Shown here: positions 48,701-59,460 of the stretch, one piece after another
How the letters are laid out: each line of letters starts with the position of its first letter
Numbering within the stretch: the first letter of the stretch is position 1
Origin: Asterias rubens
Taxonomy: Eukaryota
DNA: 64,000 bases
Direction of reading: 5' to 3'
Assembly: GCF_902459465.1 (NCBI RefSeq)
Contig: NC_047066.1
Location: forward strand, 18,476,001 to 18,540,000
The notes under the pieces: generated by a model
Databases searched by the model: none
Told to the model about the DNA's origin: nothing
What the model saw: only the letters and a program-made list of their open reading frames with translations
Position numbers and translations under genes: made by a program

Positions 48701-49529
48701 TGTAAATGCAATGCTTACCATCACATGTGCGGTTTTTGTTACTGTTGGTACGCTAGTGTTACTTGGTTGGGAGTTGAATATTGTTGAATCAACTGTTATA
48801 ACTCTATCCGTTGGGTTGTCGGTTGACTTTACCATTCATTATGGTGTTGCGTATAGAATGGCGCCTCATGATGACCGTAAGGGGCGCACTCTATACTTCC
48901 TTTCGACAATGTCAGGCGCCATCTCAGTGGCTGCACTTTCAAGTTTCGTGGCTGGTGCCTTGGTCATGCCGGCTACCGTTTACGGATACACCCAATTCGG
49001 AATCTTCTTCATGATTGTTATGAGCACCAGTTGGACATACAGCACATTCTTATTTGGGTCCCTCTGCTATATCATAGGTCCACAAAAATCCACAGGCGAT
49101 ATACCTTGCTCGTCATGTTGCGACTGCTTCGGGTACAGTGGTAGTCGCACCTCAGCGCCAGTCGATCAAGAAATGCAGGTTCAGGAGTTTTATAGTCCCA
49201 GCGAGCGCCCTCTCGCGAGAGAAAGTATCAGCACTATCACCAGGGGTAGGTTTCTACCCATCCAAAGCCCAGACAGCGTCATGAAACATTTAGAGGGACA
49301 CATAACAACTGCTAACTGGAAAGAGAGTAATAGAGAGACTTACTTCCCAAATAATAATAACTGGCCCTCTACGGTGAGTAAACCAAAAGCAGGGGGATAC
49401 TTGGAGCAATCTTCTTCAGTTATTTGTAGCCCGAAGCGATCGAGACACCCTGACCACTATGGCACAGATATACATTATAACTATAACGAGGTTCATTTTA
49501 ATCCAGTTTATAATATAAATATGAGATAA
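42703..49529 (+). CDS. DISP1: Dispatched-family RND/sterol-sensing-domain membrane protein, about 1114 aa, 4 exons
   Basis: Exons 42703-42809, 44486-44609 (TM1, DIPDFLDPVK), 45712-45928 (GFEARGT), 46633-49529, with consistent phases 2, 0, 1. Contains the TM4 motif GIGADDAF, the TM10 motif GLSVDFTIHYG, CLSTWSIGNYVALL and WGVEALDNGDWWDPDD. Exon 1 is the least certain part. Exact paralogue identity within the Dispatched family is not established. Confidence 0.88.
43151..43501. mobile_element. Family D TTAA-targeting MITE (Kolobok-like)
   Basis: TTAA|AGCCATTGGACACTTTCGG...CCGAAAGTATCCAATGGCT|TTAA. Other copies at about 44975-45334 and 45339-45670, in tandem and sharing one TTAA. Confidence 0.8.
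46209..46388. mobile_element. MITE with long imperfect TIRs (GGTGGCAGCAGA core)
   Basis: AATGGGAGAC...GGTGGCAGCAGACTTACCAGGTA pairs with TACCTGGTAACTCTGCTGCCACC...GTCTCCCATT. A related copy lies at about 55617-55726. Confidence 0.6.
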
Positions 49530-51936
49530 ATTTGTTAAAAGTCATTCTCGATGTGTTTTTAAACTTTTACGTTGCATTATTTGTCATCAATTTTGGTAAA
49601 CATAGGCACTGGATGGACGCGTTTTGGTAATAATTGACCAGTTTTCTCAGTTGGTGTTACTCAACATAAAAAGAATTCATAACCCAACAAGGTTACTGTA
49701 CCTAATATAACGAGGCCGCAAAAATCCGGCCTCGTTGTCGTTGATACCTCGAAAAGCCATGCTTCGACCCCACGGTATCAATTACTGTTATGTACCGTGC
49801 GGTACAGTATCTACATCTACATGTATACAGTTCTTGAATTCTAAGCGGGCCAGTGCTTTCGTAAAGAGCCTTGGGACAAGGCTACTCAGCACCATGTCTT
49901 CCGTGCGCTCCTGATTTTCTGCAATTATCTAAAAAACTAAAAACAAAACGCGTTCAGCTTTTGAAATGTCCACAGGTTAGTTTGATTGTATTTATAATCT
50001 AAATAATATTATTTATAAAGGACTAAGACAATCAAACTTTTAAAACAAATTGAAGCTTTTCAATTTTTCTTAAAACCATGGGTCAGCACGTGTACATTTC
50101 AGCTTTAGTACGAGTGACTATTAGTAGGCCCCCGTCACAAGCTAATGCAGTTTATTAGGCTTGCAACTGTTTGACATCATTCATAACATATCCTTGTTGC
50201 GTCCTCCAACGTGCAGCTCTAGCCCTATAAATATAGTATTTTTAAATTAATTTGCCAAATTAATTATGATAAATAATTGTGAAAAACTTGCATTGCAATA
50301 GAAACCATTATGGAAATAACTTGAATCAATCATAAGTTGATCATTTGAAGCTTGCCGTTCAGGACAATGATGGAGGACACACCAAGAATGGAGGACAGGA
50401 TAACAGCAGTTTTAAAGATACGGCAATTAATTTCATGGTCATGTAAACGAAATGAGTTTGTGTCTTTTGTCTTGATTTTGTCCGAGTGTGATGCTTATGT
50501 GAGTTCCCTTTTGGAATTGGGGTGAATAGGGGCTTTTGCAACTTTTGAAATTCGACCTTAAGCCACTCAAGTGTCCATAAATCCACCAAACAACATCGTA
50601 GCGCAACACAAGATGTGTCAAAACGTGCAGAAATTAACGGTGAATAGAAACGAACAATTAAATTTTTTTATACTATATTAGGTTCCGATAAATCTGACCA
50701 TTTGTAAGTGTTTAGATACTTTATTGGCGCAGTTTAGTATGGCATCGCAGGGTTTGATAATAAGTAAACCTCGTCATTGGTTGCGCTGCCTATAGTAGTG
50801 TATTACTTTTAAATACATCAATCACATATTACTTTCAATGGTAGACTGTTTTTTAATGTAGAGATGTTGAGTCTGAAATAAACGTCACACTAATACACAC
50901 CTCATGAGGTCATCATGTCACCACTAGGTTTGTTATGGTTTTGAGTTCTTTAATGCCTGCTAAGCTGTTGTCTTACCACGGGGAGCACAGGGGCACGTGA
51001 TGCCCGTAGCCCCGGGTAGGTCTACCCCACCTTTAAAATTAGATTTTCTTTTTAAGTCTCATTGCTAAAGTAAAAGGTTCAATTTGTATTAAGCTTAAAG
51101 TGTAACTTTCTTAATACTTGTTCAATATTTATCTGACGTTACATTATATAATTATCTTAGACAGTTTCGCTATTCCTATTTGTTGAGAGCACGTCACGTG
51201 GGGGTGTTTAAACGGTTGTTAATGACTACCTGGAGCTCTGTTAAAATCGGTTGTAGTCGGATACTAGGCGCTAGTCTTGGTGCAAGACGTTTCTTGTTAC
51301 GAGCGATGCGGGCGCTGTCGGTGGGGGGGGGGGGGGGGGGTTGCAACATCACATACATGTCTACACCTTTTTTTGTGGGTGGGGGATACACAATTTATCG
51401 GCGCGTTATTCGCGTCGCCCGTCGCAAGATTATCTTTATATGAAGGCCAGATGTATCAATTTTATTGATTAATGTGCGCGCAATTTTTTTCTTTTTTAGG
51501 GGGGGGGGGGGGGGGCATGGGTATGAACAAGAATGTAATGCTGTAGCACGGTAGCAAGTCGGTGCTGGAAAAACCTCGGAGTGTTTTTTTACCCCATAGC
51601 AAAAAATCTGTACGGTTGACCTGCCAATTTTTTTAAAGAAATCTAAAGTTTAGATGTTCGTGGATATATTTGATTGGTTTTTTTTTGAAGAGACGGGGGA
51701 CTTTAAGGTACTTTTTAAGTATGTTTAATAAATGACTGGTTGTTGCTTTTTAAGTTTTATTATATAATGTTTAGCAAGTGCACAAAACAGCGCCATCAAT
51801 AGTGACATTTTAACGATTGAAGCTGGTGTACAGCAATTTAAGTGGCAAACGCACAGGTTACGATGAGGCAGATGTAACAGTGTTCCCGAGTACCAGCGAA
51901 ATTCCTGACTTTCCTGAAAACATCAACCGGTAAACC

Positions 51937-54900
51937 ATGGCGGACGAAGCTGTTGCCAAGGCAGGCTTACATTTCGATGAACTGAATAAAATAAGAGTTC
52001 TAGAACCTGAAATTCACCAACAAACGACGGAGTTGAAAGAAGAATGCAAGGAGTTTGTTGAGAGTGAGTATGGTTATTTGTTGCAGCTGAAATTTGCTTA
52101 ATACAAATATTAATAGCACCCTCCCTAACAAAAAGCTACTGTAAAAAAACAGTTAGTTGCACACACTGTGCAACTGTCATTCACGCTGCCATTGTATTGT
52201 ATTTTGTAGGTAAACTTGGTGAACGGGGGGTGGGGGGGGGGGTGAGGCAGGGGAGGCAGAGGGCAGATAAGTTGGTAGCTTCCATCCTAAAACTTTCCAC
52301 ATAAATTCATGTTAAGCACAGCCCACACTCTACACAGGAACAGGTATGGATAACCTTCCGTTCCGTACGGGCACCAACTAAGTGACCATACATACCAAAA
52401 CCATGCCACCACTTTTTCACTCATTTTTAGTTTTACAAAAAGGATCTCATCTAATGATCTAATTCTAATGAGCATGATGAGTTGAGGTAAATTTATAGAT
52501 GGATTATTTCATATCAAATAAAAATGTGGTGGGGCCATACGGAAACTTTTCCATTAATTGCTGTAATTGTGTGTGTAGATGTACCGTAGTGTAGTGTAGT
52601 GTGTAGCTGTAGGGTAGGCCTAGCATTATATAAAAAGAAAATTTCACAGAATGGCCTGAGTCTTGACCACATGCAGGTCCGTGACAGTGTGACAGTTTTT
52701 TATAGTTTTTATTTAGTGTGATAATTTTAGTTTAGTGTTTCTGTTTTAGTCTGGTTCCATGCCAACATTATTATCCATATGACTTTGTCATGAGACGGGA
52801 ATACTATATTGTATAAGACCATTTTGTGAAATTTACTTAATATTTTAATTTAAATAACTCCATCCATGGCCCGCATGGGCATGGGTCCACAGAAATACTG
52901 GGACTAAAAATAAAAGAAGTGCAAGTCTAAATTTGGAGGGTTGTTAAACATTTTAAAATTCAGACTCGCAACCCTTGCAGTTGCCCCCCCCCCCCATACC
53001 CTTCACCAAACATGACAATGATCAGCAGGAAAGAAAAGGCACATGTATAGTTGGATACAACTAGAATAATTCCCTCCTCCCACAAATTATTCTGCTTCAC
53101 CCCTCCCCTCCCAAATTAAAACATCTGTTTACAACATTTGTGTTACTGTTGACATTGTCAAAGGTCACTTTGTTGATTCTGAAATTTTTTAACTATTTGT
53201 TTGATTTGTATTCGTCAGAAATCGATGGTTTTCAATCTATTGTTGGAGGCTTCATCGAGATGGTAGATGGCCTTGCGCAGGAAGTGGAAAAAGAAAAAAT
53301 GAAGGTATAGTTCATTTGAAAAACATTGCTTTGTTGGAATGAACTAGTTGACTAGTAAATTGACAGTAACACAAAGCTGTGTGTGTTTTTTGTTAAAGGC
53401 ACTGGACACAATTGGTAGTTGTCAAAGACCAGTGATCTCACTTGGTGTATCTCAAAATATGCACAAAGTAACAAACCTGTGAAAATTTGAGCTCAGTTTG
53501 TCATTGAAGTTGCTAGAAAATGATGAAAGAAAAAACACCCTTGTTGGACGAATTTGTGGGCTTTCAGATAGGAAAAAAAGACTTCTGACTTTAATATTTT
53601 AGTGAGATATTACCTCATTCTCAAAAACTATGTTAGTTCAGAGGGAGTCGTTTCTCACAATGTTTTATCATTAGCTCTCCAATGCTTGTTACTAAGTCAG
53701 TTTTAAGTTAAACTTTGTTTTGAGTAATTACCAAACGTGTACTATCCCTTTAAAGGCAGTGCACACTATTGGTAATTACTCAAAATAATTATTAGCTCAA
53801 AACCTTACTTTGTAATGAGTAATTGGGAGCTGTTGATAGTATAAAACATGATGAGAAACAGCTCCCTCTGAAGTAACGTAGTTTTCGAGAAAGAAGTATC
53901 TTTCCACGAATTTGATTTCAATACCTCAGATTTAGAATATGAGGTCTCGAAATCAAGCATCTGAAAGCGCACAACGTCATGTGACAATGGTGTTTTTTTC
54001 TTTTATTATTATCTCGCAACGTCGACGACTGATTGAGCTCAAACTTTAACAAAGGTACAGCAAGTGAGAAGACTGGTCTTTGGCAATTACCAATAGTGTC
54101 CAGTGTCTTTAAAACAGCTTATTATGCAAAGCAGATTGGTAGGCACCATGTGAGTAAAGGTCTAGGGCCTACCTCCTATACTGTATGAATCAAATTTCTA
54201 GAGTCATGTTTTATTAAAATTGGCAATGTTTGATTTCACCAGGCTATTGGATCTCGAAACTTGTTAAAGTCCATCGCAAAGCAAAGAGAAGCACAGCAAC
54301 AACAACTACAAGCACTCATTGCAGAGAAGAAAACGCAACTAGAAAGGTAAGATTCAACTAGACATAAAACGTGTTCAAACTGGTATGAATGAACGAAATT
54401 CAACTAATACAAATAACAGACCACAAAACTATCATCCAATGTTATTTTTCGATTTGAAAAGGAACAACGGTGATCGGTCGATGAAAAGTAATTTTTTGAG
54501 GTATGAAAATAACTGATCCAAACTTAGGACGGGTTCAGTTTCGTATCCAAACACGCAGGACGCACTGAACCCATCCTAAGCTAGGATTAATCTTAGCGTT
54601 TCGTGAAATCGGCTGCATGTTTTTGATGAGATTTTGTTCAGCAGCTTCCCTTACAAATCTCTCTGAGTGTTCTCTAATGAACAATGGAAAAACATACTTC
54701 TCGAGAGTCGCGATGAGCCTCTAGATTGAAAATTCACATTATATTATATCAAATTCTTACATACCGCATTTCACAATAACCGTCTTAAAGGCTTTGGATA
54801 CTTTTTCAAAATGTCCATAGATTAACATTAAACTTACAGGGTTGGAAGATTGTGATAATGGAAAGCTTCCCTTCAAATATTACTTACTGAGGTGCTGTAG

Positions 54901-55550
54901 TTTTTGAGAAATGAGTAAAACAATGTCATGAAAATATGTTTGTAAATGATTAAAATAGTTTTTGTCTCATGATACGAAAATTATTTTCATGACATTGTTT
55001 TACTCATTTTCCAAAAAATACAGCACCTCAGCACGTAATATTTTCATGGAATCTCTCTACTATCATTATCTTCAAACTGTGTAAGTTTAGTATAAATCTG
55101 TGGACATTGTGTTTTTTGTCCTACAAAAGTTACATAGACCCTTTAATGCGTATTACATTAGTACCCTGGTCATTGAGAAAATTAAAATCCCTCTAATCTT
55201 TCTCAGCTCCTTGGGGAGTACACAACCTGTTATGGGCAACCTTAGCACTCTAAAGGCCAAGTCGCACTGCAGCTATAACAAAAATGATAACAATCACAAC
55301 GCAAAGAGAACGCATTCTATTGGTTGAATGAGCGTGTGCGCATTCTACGTGGAGCAATTCAACCAATAGAATGAGTTCTCTTTGCGTCGTGATCATTTTC
55401 GTTATTGCTGCAGAGTTACTCGGTCTTAAAGGTTTTAAATACTAAAACATACATGTACACTTTTACAGATATCGGATACAAACAGCGGCGTTACAGAAGG
55501 AGGAGGCAGAACAAAACGAATTCATCGAGCAGTTCATTCTACAGAAATAA
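51937..55550 (+). CDS. IFT20: Intraflagellar transport protein 20, 132 aa, 4 exons
   Basis: Exons 51937-52063, 53219-53304, 54243-54346, 55469-55550 (399 nt). Translation includes [77 protein letters not shown]. Confidence 0.96.
54789..55142. mobile_element. Family C fold-back TTAA-targeting MITE (Kolobok-like)
   Basis: TTAA|AGG termini, with inverted arms CACAGATTTACATTAAACTTAC...GTAAGTTTAATGTAAATCTGTGG. Other copies at about 898-1262, 38630-38935, 43506-43704, 57852-58221. Confidence 0.8.
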
Positions 55551-56002
55551 TCTAATGTGGAAAAGTACAGTTTCGCAAACTTATTGTATACAGGCACAAT
55601 GGTACACTTTTCGGTGACACTAGGTGGCAGCAGACTTACCATGTAAATTCATTGTTCTCGTGTGTGCGCAGGCACAGAACTACAAAACCACTGGAGATTC
55701 ACCTTGAAAGTCTGCTGCCACCTAGTGATTGAAAGTCTGCGTGTGGAAAATTTGTTGACTAGTTTGATATTAAAGGGACACGTTGCCTTGGATCGAGCAA
55801 GTTGGTCTTTGAAAATATAATGTCCATACAAATATGCCCCGAAGTTGCATGGTTTTCCGACCGTGTTAGTTCGCTACTTAAAAAGAAAAATGTATATTTC
55901 CAAGGCAACGTGTCCCTTTAAAGGGTGCTTTACTTTTGGTTGAGATATTTTTTAGATCGGGAAACCCTTTTTTAACATTTCAACGAGAAATTGACACATG
56001 GC

Positions 56003-57292
56003 AGTGGTTTCCAGTTGGGTCAACTAGTTTCCAGTTGGGTATCATGAGCTTTTTTCTAGTTAGGCATCAGCTGGTTTCCAGTTGGGTCAACTAGTTTCCA
56101 GTTGGGTATCATGAGCTTTTTTTCTAGTTAGGCATCAGCTGGTTTCCAGTTGGGTCAAGTAGTTTCCAGTTGGGTAACATGAGCTTTTTTCTAGTTAGGC
56201 ATCAGCTGGTTTCCAGTTGGGTCAGCTAGTTTCCAGTTGGGTATCATGAGCTTTTTTCTAATTAGGCGTCAGCTGGTTTCCAGTTGGGTCAGCTAGTTTC
56301 CAGTTGTTATCACGAGCTTTTTTCTAGTTAGGCGTCAGCTGGTTTCCAGTTGGGTCAGCTAGTTTCCAGTTGGGTATCATGAGCTTTTTTTCTAGTTAGG
56401 CATCAGCTGGTTTCCAGTTGGGTCAACTAGTTTCCAGTTGGGTATCATGAGCTTTTTTCTAGTTAGGCATCAGCTGGTTTCCAGTTGGGTCAACTAGTTT
56501 CCAGTTGGGTATCATGAGCTTTTTTTCTAGTTAGGCATCAGCTGGTTTCCAGTTGGGTCAGCTAGTTTCCAGTTGGGTATCACGAGCTTTTTTCTAGTTA
56601 GGCATCAGCTGGTTTCCAGTTGGGTCAGCTAGTTTCCAGTTGGGTATCATGAGCTTTTTTTCTAGTTAGGCATCAGCTGGTTTCCAGTTGGGTCAGCTAG
56701 TTTCCAGTTGGGTATCATGAGCTTTTTTCTAGTTAGGCATCAGCTGGTTTCCAGTTGGGTCAGCTAGTTTCCAGTTGGGTATCATGAGCTTTTTTCTAGT
56801 TAGGCATCAGCTGGTTTCCAGTTGGGTCAGCTAGTTTCCAGTTGGGTATCATGAGCTTTTTTTCTAGTTAGGCATCAGCTGGTTTCCAGTTGGGTCAGCT
56901 AGTTTCCAGTTGGGTATCATGAGCTTTTTTCTAGTTAGGCATCAGCTGGTTTCCAGTTGGGTCAACTAGTTTCCAGTTGGGTATCATGAGCGTTTTCTAG
57001 TTGGGCATCAGCTGGTTTCCAGTTGGGTCAGCTAGTTTCAAGTTGGGTATCATGAGCTTTTTTCTAATTAGGCGTCAGCTGGTTTCCAGTTGGGTCAGCT
57101 AGTTTCCGGTTGGGTCAGCTAGTTTCCAGTTTGGTCAGCTATTTTCCAATTGGGTATCATGAGCTTTTTTCTAATTAGGCGTCAGCTGGTTTCCAGTTGG
57201 GTCAGCTAGTTTTCAGTTGGGTCAGCTTGTTTCCAGTTGGGTCAGCTAGTTTCCAGTTGGGTCAGCTAGTTTCCAGTTGGGTCAGCTAGTTT
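56003..57292. repeat. Tandem repeat with a 67-68-bp unit (about 16 copies) ending in 20-bp monomers
   Basis: Unit CTGGTTTCCAGTTGGGTCAG-CTAGTTTCCAGTTGGGTATCATGAG-CTTTTTTCTAGTTAGGCATCAG. The period of 67 was measured between 56711 and 56778. Confidence 0.95.
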
Positions 57293-59330
57293 TTAGCGAG
57301 TCAACTTCAAAGTCAGTGAACTCCCAGATTGTGTTAAACTGTTGGGGTCAATCAGCCGCTTCACACAAAAGCAATTTAGCAATGATCCCTTGCTAAATGG
57401 ATTTTACCCGGGCCCAATTTCATAGAGCTGCTAAGCACTAAAACTATATTCAGCTGTTGTATGCTTACCTTGAAAATCACATAGAAATTTGGTTAGGAAA
57501 TCCTGTTTTTATCAAGGCAAGCATTTCATGCTAAGCAAATTTTTGTGCTTAGCAGCTCTTTGAAATTGGGCCCTGGTTACTATGCTGCCAGGTAGCGCCC
57601 CAAAAAAGTCCCCATTGGTTGGGACTGGTAGAGTGGTAGTGTTGCACAGAAAGACCCTGTTCTGTATAACTGTTCATATTGAGTTTACATTTTGTTCAAT
57701 AACGTGCAATGTCAATGTAGACATGGTCTGTACATAAAATGTAAATAGTTTCATAACTTAGATAAAAGGTTTTGCCGAAGTTCTTCATAACACCTTGTCG
57801 ACTATTTTGTTTAAATATACTCGCTATTCATTGATCTTTAACCGCTATTAAAGGATTCTGGTACTTTTTGTAACAGAAAACACAATGACCACAGATTTAT
57901 ATAAAACTTACACAGTTTGAAGATATTGATAGTAGAAGGCTTACCTTACCTTGCTCAAGGAGATGTAGTGTTTGAGAAATAAGTAAAACAATGTCATGAA
58001 AATACGTTTTTACATGCTAAAATAATTTTCGTCTCGTGATCACTGAGATAAAAATCATTTTTGTGACACCTTTTTGTTTTATTCAATTCTCAAAAACTTC
58101 AGCACCTCAGCAAGTAATTTTTTCGGGGAAGATTTCTACCATCATTATCTTCATACTGTGTAAGTTTAATGTAAATCTTTGGACATTGTGTTTTGTGTCC
58201 TACAAAAGGTACCCAGACCCTTTAAAGGCAGTGGACACTATTGGTAATTACTCAAAATAATTATTAACATAAAACCTAATTATTTGGTAACGAGTAATGG
58301 GGAGCTGTTGATGGTATAAAACACTGTGAGAAATGGGTCCCTCAGTAACATAGTTTACGAGAAAGAAGTAATTCTCTCTGAATTTGATTTCGAGACCTCA
58401 GATTTAGAATTTGAGGTCTCGAAATCAAGCATCTGAAAGCCCACAACGTCGGGTGACAAGGGGTTTTTTTTCTTTCATTATTATCTCGCAACTTCGACGA
58501 CCGATTGAGCTCAAATTTTCACAGGTTGGTTATTTTATGCATATGTTGAGATACACCAAGTGAGAAGACTGCCTAATATGCTGTTCAATAAGCACCGAGT
58601 GATATGATATATAATTAAACTTTCGTTGAATTTGTACCCATGGTTGTGATATTGACTATCAGTTATTCCAAATTATTACATTATTGCAATCAAGATTTAT
58701 TATTATCTACAATTTTTGGGGTATTTTATAGCAAAAAATTCCAACAAAGTACATTACTTTGTCAGACTGTAATTGTTTTCACAATCTTAAGCCATCTTGT
58801 GGCACAGCTTTGGCACCCTGCCTTGAAAATTGCATATTATGACCAACGTCGGTTCAATGCCGGCCCAATGGTGCGCCGTTACAAAATCAGTAGGCCTATT
58901 GGCACAGAACAGTTTTTTATACCATTATTTGCCAAAATGGTGTGCCACTTGGAAACCAGTGTTGGCCCAAAACAAGTTTTCTATACCATTTTCCTAAAAT
59001 GGCTTGGCGCTAAAAAAAAAACAGTAAACAGATGTCAGAAAGTAAAACTTTCATTATCAGACGAAAATTCAACCAGCATTTTAAAAATGCAAAAAGTATA
59101 TCAAATATAATGTTAAATTTAAATAAAATTACTTTGCAATAAAAAAGTCCATTACAATAAAGTGTAGTTGTCCATGATAAAAAAAATACAACAAATGAAA
59201 AAACAGCAGCAATGAATACATTATTTTAAAAATGAATGCTATGTAAAAACCATTAAAATAATAAATACATTTTAGCACAGTTTTTTTTTTTTAAATAGTA
59301 TTCGGTTTCTCTAAATGCCGGTACCATCAG

Positions 59331-59460
59331 GGGTCGATTTCACAGAGAGTTAGGACTAGTCCTAGGAGATATAAGAAACGTATGGCTAGTCCTACGTTAG
59401 GACGATTAACTCTTCCTCACTCCAGATAAGACTAGTCTTAACTCTTTGTGAAATCCACCC
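59331..59460. mobile_element. PIF/Harbinger-like MITE (GGGT termini, CAG TSD)
   Basis: CAG|GGGTCGATTTCACAGAGAGTTAGGACTAGTC...GACTAGTCTTAACTCTTTGTGAAATCCACCC|CAG. Related copies at about 5387-5535 and 20590-20722. Confidence 0.75.

Noticed and set aside
51952-51965. X-box-like GTTGCCAAGGCAGG at the IFT20 start
   Set aside because: It lies inside the coding sequence and only one half-site fits the RFX consensus, so it is explainable by codons.
56003-57292. Possible CRISPR array or repetitive protein
   Set aside because: No unique spacers, eukaryotic context, and a unit length (67-68 bp) that is not a multiple of 3, with stops.
58640-59110. 156-aa plus-strand ORF
   Set aside because: It begins at ATG but runs through AT-rich, degenerate tandem-repeat DNA with no protein-like motifs.
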